Below are positions 59,660 to 64,000 of a stretch of DNA of 64,000 nucleotides, one piece after another (within the stretch, counting starts at the first letter, position 1; every line of letters starts with the position of its first letter). The notes beneath the pieces are model-generated. The model was not told where the DNA came from. It saw only the letters and a list, made by a program, of their open reading frames with translations, and ran no database searches. The DNA is from the human T2T-CHM13v2.0 reference genome, Homo sapiens. A program made the position numbers and the translations under genes. The DNA is taken from NCBI RefSeq assembly GCF_009914755.1, contig NC_060947.1; one strand, 5' to 3'.

Positions 59660-59970
59660 CCACATGGCATGGACTACACTGGAGGCAAGAAAGATGAAGA
59701 GAAACTGATGGATATAGAATACACGATGGAGGTAAAACTGACAGGACCAGTTGATGGATTGTGTGTGAGAGGGAAAGAGAAGAATCAAGAATGACAGGTC
59801 TTGGCTTTAGCAACTGGGTGGTGCCGGTAACTGAGACAGGGAAGATTGGGAGAGAGACAGGTTGGGGTGGAAGGGGGAAATCTAGAATTCTATTTTAGCG
59901 AGGATGAATTTTGAGTTCTATCAATCAGATATCCAAATTGAGAATGTTAAGTAGGCAACTGGATATAGAT
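59660..59970 (-). mobile_element. L2 fragment
   Basis: agaatcaagaatgacaggtcttggctttagcaactggg...gtaggcaactggatata. Confidence 0.7.
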
Positions 59971-60423
59971 CTTTGAAATTTACTCCATTTTAAAATTTAT
60001 GTCATACCTGCCTTGCTAATCCTCAATCCTGGACAAACAACAGGTATGTCTCTTTTTTAAAATCTGTTCCCTTTACAGGGTTCATGAATCCTCTGAATTT
60101 GTGTAAGAATTTTGTGTAAGAACCCTCTGAATTTGTGTAAGAATTTTCCATATATGCATGTGTGTACAATTATATGGATAGACAATTCATCATAGTTATC
60201 ACATTTGCAAAAAATCCAGGATGTAAAAAAGAGTTTGAGAACAATTGCATTCAACGGCACTGACAAATATTAAAAACAAGCCAGAACAATAATTAGTCTC
60301 ATTGTAAATTCATGTTATTCAAGCTTGGCTGGTTTCTTAATGTTATTTAGTGATTTTTTTTTTTAACTATTTACTCCTGTTAAAAGTTCAGGTGTTGGAG
60401 ATATTTGAGGATAAAAATATAGG

Positions 60424-60577
60424 TTTTTTTGAAACAGTGTCTCACTCTGTCACCCAAGCTGGAGTGCAGTAGCACAATCATGTCACAGTGCAACCTCTGC
60501 CTCTTGGGCACAAGCAATCCTCCCACCTTGGCCTCCCAAAGGGCTAGAGTTAGAGGCATGAACCACTGTGCCACCCA
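60424..60577 (-). mobile_element. Alu monomer (FLAM/FRAM)
   Basis: ~150-bp single-arm Alu. Confidence 0.85.
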
Positions 60578-60644
60578 CACAGTTATATTGAGATTGATTC
60601 TTTGACTTATAGATGTTTCTCAAGGTATGCTGAATATTCAGCTA

Positions 60645-60850
60645 GAGAGGGTAGAGCAGAAAAAGCATGGAATCAACTGACCCAAATTCTGGTTCCATAT
60701 CTGCCTAAAACTCAGGGTGTTTGTTTGGGCAAGTCATCTAACTACCTCTAAGCCTCACTTTCCTCATCTGCAAATAGAGATAATAATACCTCACAAGTTA
60801 CTTAAAGGTCAAAATTGTAACCAATATTTATGAAAGCATTTTGTGCATAT
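60645..60850 (+). mobile_element. MIR
   Basis: tgggcaagtcatctaactacctctaagcctcactttcctcatctgcaaatagagataataatacctc. Confidence 0.8.
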
Positions 60851-61850
60851 CTAAACTTCAAACCACATGCTGAAAATGAGAAACGTCTTAATTTTCGATG
60901 GTGTGGTTTGAGGAACTGCTAGACTGTGTTACCTGGGCAGTTTTTAGAATCTCCTAATGCACTGCCCACCTCACTCATCAAAATCAAAATTTCCCCTTTT
61001 ACAACAGGTTAAGAAGGGTCACCAGAGTGAAGGCCTGGAAGCAATAGAAAGTGGACTGAAAATTCATAACTAGCAATTGATTCAATGTGTTTTGGTGTAA
61101 ACACACTCCTGGAAGTATTTTCGATCTTTAGCTGTAAATCTCTAGGCACTAAGCTGGGCCAAACAGGGAGGGGTTCTCCTTGGGTAGAATGATGAAACCC
61201 AGGATGTGTCTTTTTGACCCTCTCATGCCCTCCCCACCCCCACACTCCATCCCTGCCCTCAGTGTCCCCTACTGACAGAATCAGAATATATCTCACCCTC
61301 CAGAAATGTGGGAATGTGGAATGGCCTGAGGGCAGAAAGAGGCAGAGAGAAGGCAAGCAATCACTCCTGCCAATTTCCCCTCTCTTTACCTCTTGCCCCA
61401 AAGAAGTCATGTTTTTACCCGGTTCTCTCTCTGTCTGTCAACTTCCTTTCTGCCAGGGAGCTTTGCAGTTTCTTAAGGAACTTTTGAAGACGCGTAATCT
61501 TTCTAGGCCCAAATGAAGGAATTTTTCATGGTGTTATTCTAGGTAATGTGACAAGCAGTATGTGGAAGCCGGGCTTTCTCAGCACATTGAAAATTCAGCC
61601 TGATATTTGCTGTCTTTCTTTCCTGCTTCAACGATGAGTCTTGGTGACAGAAAAGAGAGCTACAAGTCTGGAAAGTCCTAGCCAAACATTCTCTTCCCAG
61701 AACTATGTCACCAAGTTAGTTGGCTTAGCTAATGAATAAATACTGAAGCACCACTGGCTTCTTATTGAGTCCTTGCAGTTGATAATTATTCAAAAATAGC
61801 TAATATTAGATAATGCCATGTATTAAATGTCATTGAGATTATGGTGTATT

Positions 61851-62665
61851 GCAGTGGTGCTCAATGCAGGGTGCACAATGGAGTCTACTTGGAGGGTAAA
61901 TTATTGGAATCAAGTGACACCCAACCCCAGCAAGTATGATTCATTTGGTCAGGGTTGGGGGATAAGTGAGGTGGGCAGTGCATTAGTAGATTTTAAAAAC
62001 TGCCCAGGTAAAACAGTCTAGCAGTTCCTCAAACTATTAAATATAGAGTTATCATATGACCTGGCAATGCCAGTCCTAGGTATATGCCCAAGAGAAGTGA
62101 AAACATATGTTCACACACAATATTGTACACAAGTGGTTTATAGCAATGTTATTCAAAGCAACCAAAAGACAAAAGCAGCCCAAAATCTATTAATGGCTGA
62201 ATGGATAAGCAAAATATGTACATATATACAAAGGAGTATTATTTGGCAATAAAAAGGAATGAAATACTGATACATACTGCAACTTGGATGAACCTTGAAG
62301 ACATTATGCTAAATGAAAGAAGCCACTCACAAAAAGTCTGGATATTATATGATTCCATTAATATGAAAGCCCAGAATAGGGAAATCCACAGGGACAGCCA
62401 GGAGATTAGTGTTTGCTTAGGGCTGGCTGTGGAGGATGGCGGATATCAGCGTGATAGCTAGTGGGTATGATATTCCTTTTTGAGGTGATGAAACATTCTA
62501 AAATTAACTGCAGTGAAGAATGCACCTAACTGTGAATATATTAAAGCCATTGAATTGTACTCCCAAATTGTACGGTGTGGATTATATCCCAATAGAGTTG
62601 ATTTAAAGAGAGAAAAAAATACTCCCCAGATGATTTTAATGTGCAGCTGAGTTTGAGAACCACTG
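61851..62665. mobile_element. MER5A-like element split by a plus-strand L1MB/ME 3' fragment (~62012-62620)
   Basis: cagtggtgctcaa...ttaaaaactgcccagg | L1 | ctccccagatgattttaatgtgcagctgagtttgagaaccactg. Confidence 0.72.
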
Positions 62666-62674
62666 ATGTAGTTG

Positions 62675-62870
62675 AAAGAACATGCACTTGAAGTTAGACA
62701 GATTGGAACAAAATGACTGTGTCATTAGGTGACCCAGCTGTGGCTTTCTGAGCCTCATTTTCCTCATCTGGAGAATGAGGATAATAATTACTGTCTCATA
62801 GGCTTTAGAAAGAGGATTTGGTGTGGAAAACAAATGAAAGTATGTGTAGAGTCTGACATTTAGCAAGCCG
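62675..62870 (+). mobile_element. MIR
   Basis: ttctgagcctcattttcctcatctggagaatgaggataataatt. Confidence 0.75.
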
Positions 62871-63239
62871 GCACTCTATTAAAGGAAGCCATTGCCATTA
62901 TTGTTTTTCTTTTCTGCCTGAAGGCTCACAGGGCCAGCATTAGAAATATTCGTCCTCACTGCACTGACCGGGGAGAAGGTGATCTGGAGTGGAGCGGACC
63001 AGGCCAAATGCATTACCTGAATGCAGACTCAATAAATGTCCTCTGTGCTCATAACAATTTTTTTGGCCCCATCACAAAGCCCACAATATTCCCATGAGTA
63101 AGACTGCAGCATCATTGTTCACTAAGGAAATGTAATTGTTTTTTTTGTTTTGTTTTGTTTTTTTGCCATTAAAACTTATGAAGACCAAACACGGGTCCAC
63201 AGTGGGATCTTACTGGTATACCCTTGCCTTTCATAACAT

Positions 63240-64000
63240 ATTTGTCATCAAATTCTATCAAATCTACTGCTATAATATGCCTCTCAAATCCAGCCACTTG
63301 TATCCATTTCCACTGCCACTACCCTAGACCAGGCTTCTAGCATCTCTTACCTAATAATTCTGATCCTCTTTAACTGCCTCTACCCTTTTTCCCCTCCAAA
63401 TCCTTCTCCGCACTGCAGCCAGAGTGATTTTTGTAAAATGCCAATTTGATCAAATCTCTAATTTAAAGACCTTCAAATGGCTTAAAATCTTTCAATGATC
63501 CCCTATAGCTCTAAAAGTCCAACTTCTGTCTAACCCTCCAGGCTTATCTCTTACTACTCTCTGTCTCCTAAACATCTTTTGAAATTGGCCATTTCTTTGT
63601 TGCTCTACACCGTGAGTCCAATCTGCCACCATACTCAATCAGTACTCTTGAACAGCTTGCAAACAGTTTTTCCTAGCTTCAGCCATGCCCCCTTTGAATC
63701 CACCTTCCACATAGCAGCCAGGGTGACTCCTTTGCTTAAACCCTTTTTATGCCTCCCAATTTGCCTAAAAACAAAGATCAAGCTTCTTATCAGGGCTATA
63801 AGACCTTCCATGATTTGACCCTGCTGACTTATCCCCCTTCATGCTTACTTACTCAGTTTTCCATACACACTGCTTCTTCCTATCCATGGACCTTTGCAAA
63901 CATTCTTGCTTTCTGGAATTTCCTGCCTCTGGCCTTGCACGTCCAAGTCTACTACATCCTTCAAGGCCTAGTTCAAATAATACTGTATTCAGGAACTCTC
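63240..64000 (+). mobile_element. L2 fragments
   Basis: cactgccactaccctagaccagg...cactgcagccagagtgattttt...catccttcaaggcctagttcaaat. Confidence 0.7.

Noticed and set aside
60090-60147. Short duplication cctctgaatttgtgtaagaatttt
   Set aside because: Ordinary slippage duplication in a decayed repeat; a similar one is in THE1-int at ~39247-39290.

Overview
Primate (hominoid-like) genomic DNA that is intergenic or intronic and dominated by transposable elements. I find no intact host protein-coding gene, RNA gene or CRISPR array. Main contents: (1) a near-full-length processed pseudogene of acylglycerol kinase (AGK) on the minus strand (~4872-7622); (2) two near-full-length young L1PA2/L1PA3-type LINE-1s in convergent, inverted orientation (9047-15033 +, 32377-38402 -), each with its own TSD and each disabled; (3) a full-length THE1 provirus directly behind the 5' end of the second L1; (4) a full-length MLT1D-like provirus; (5) an ancient L1M spread over ~19 kb by nested insertions; (6) many Alu, MIR, L2, LTR and DNA-transposon relics. 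I cannot support a new multi-gene system. The best leads are a 630-bp orphan retroposed insert with TSD, AATAAA and A-tail, up to three L1 3' transductions, two L1s sharing non-consensus variants and both lacking the YY1 site, and outward-facing L1 antisense promoters pointing into the AGK retrocopy and into an ORF0-THE1 unit. Subfamily names and consensus comparisons are from memory, not from a database run; boundaries of old repeats are approximate.
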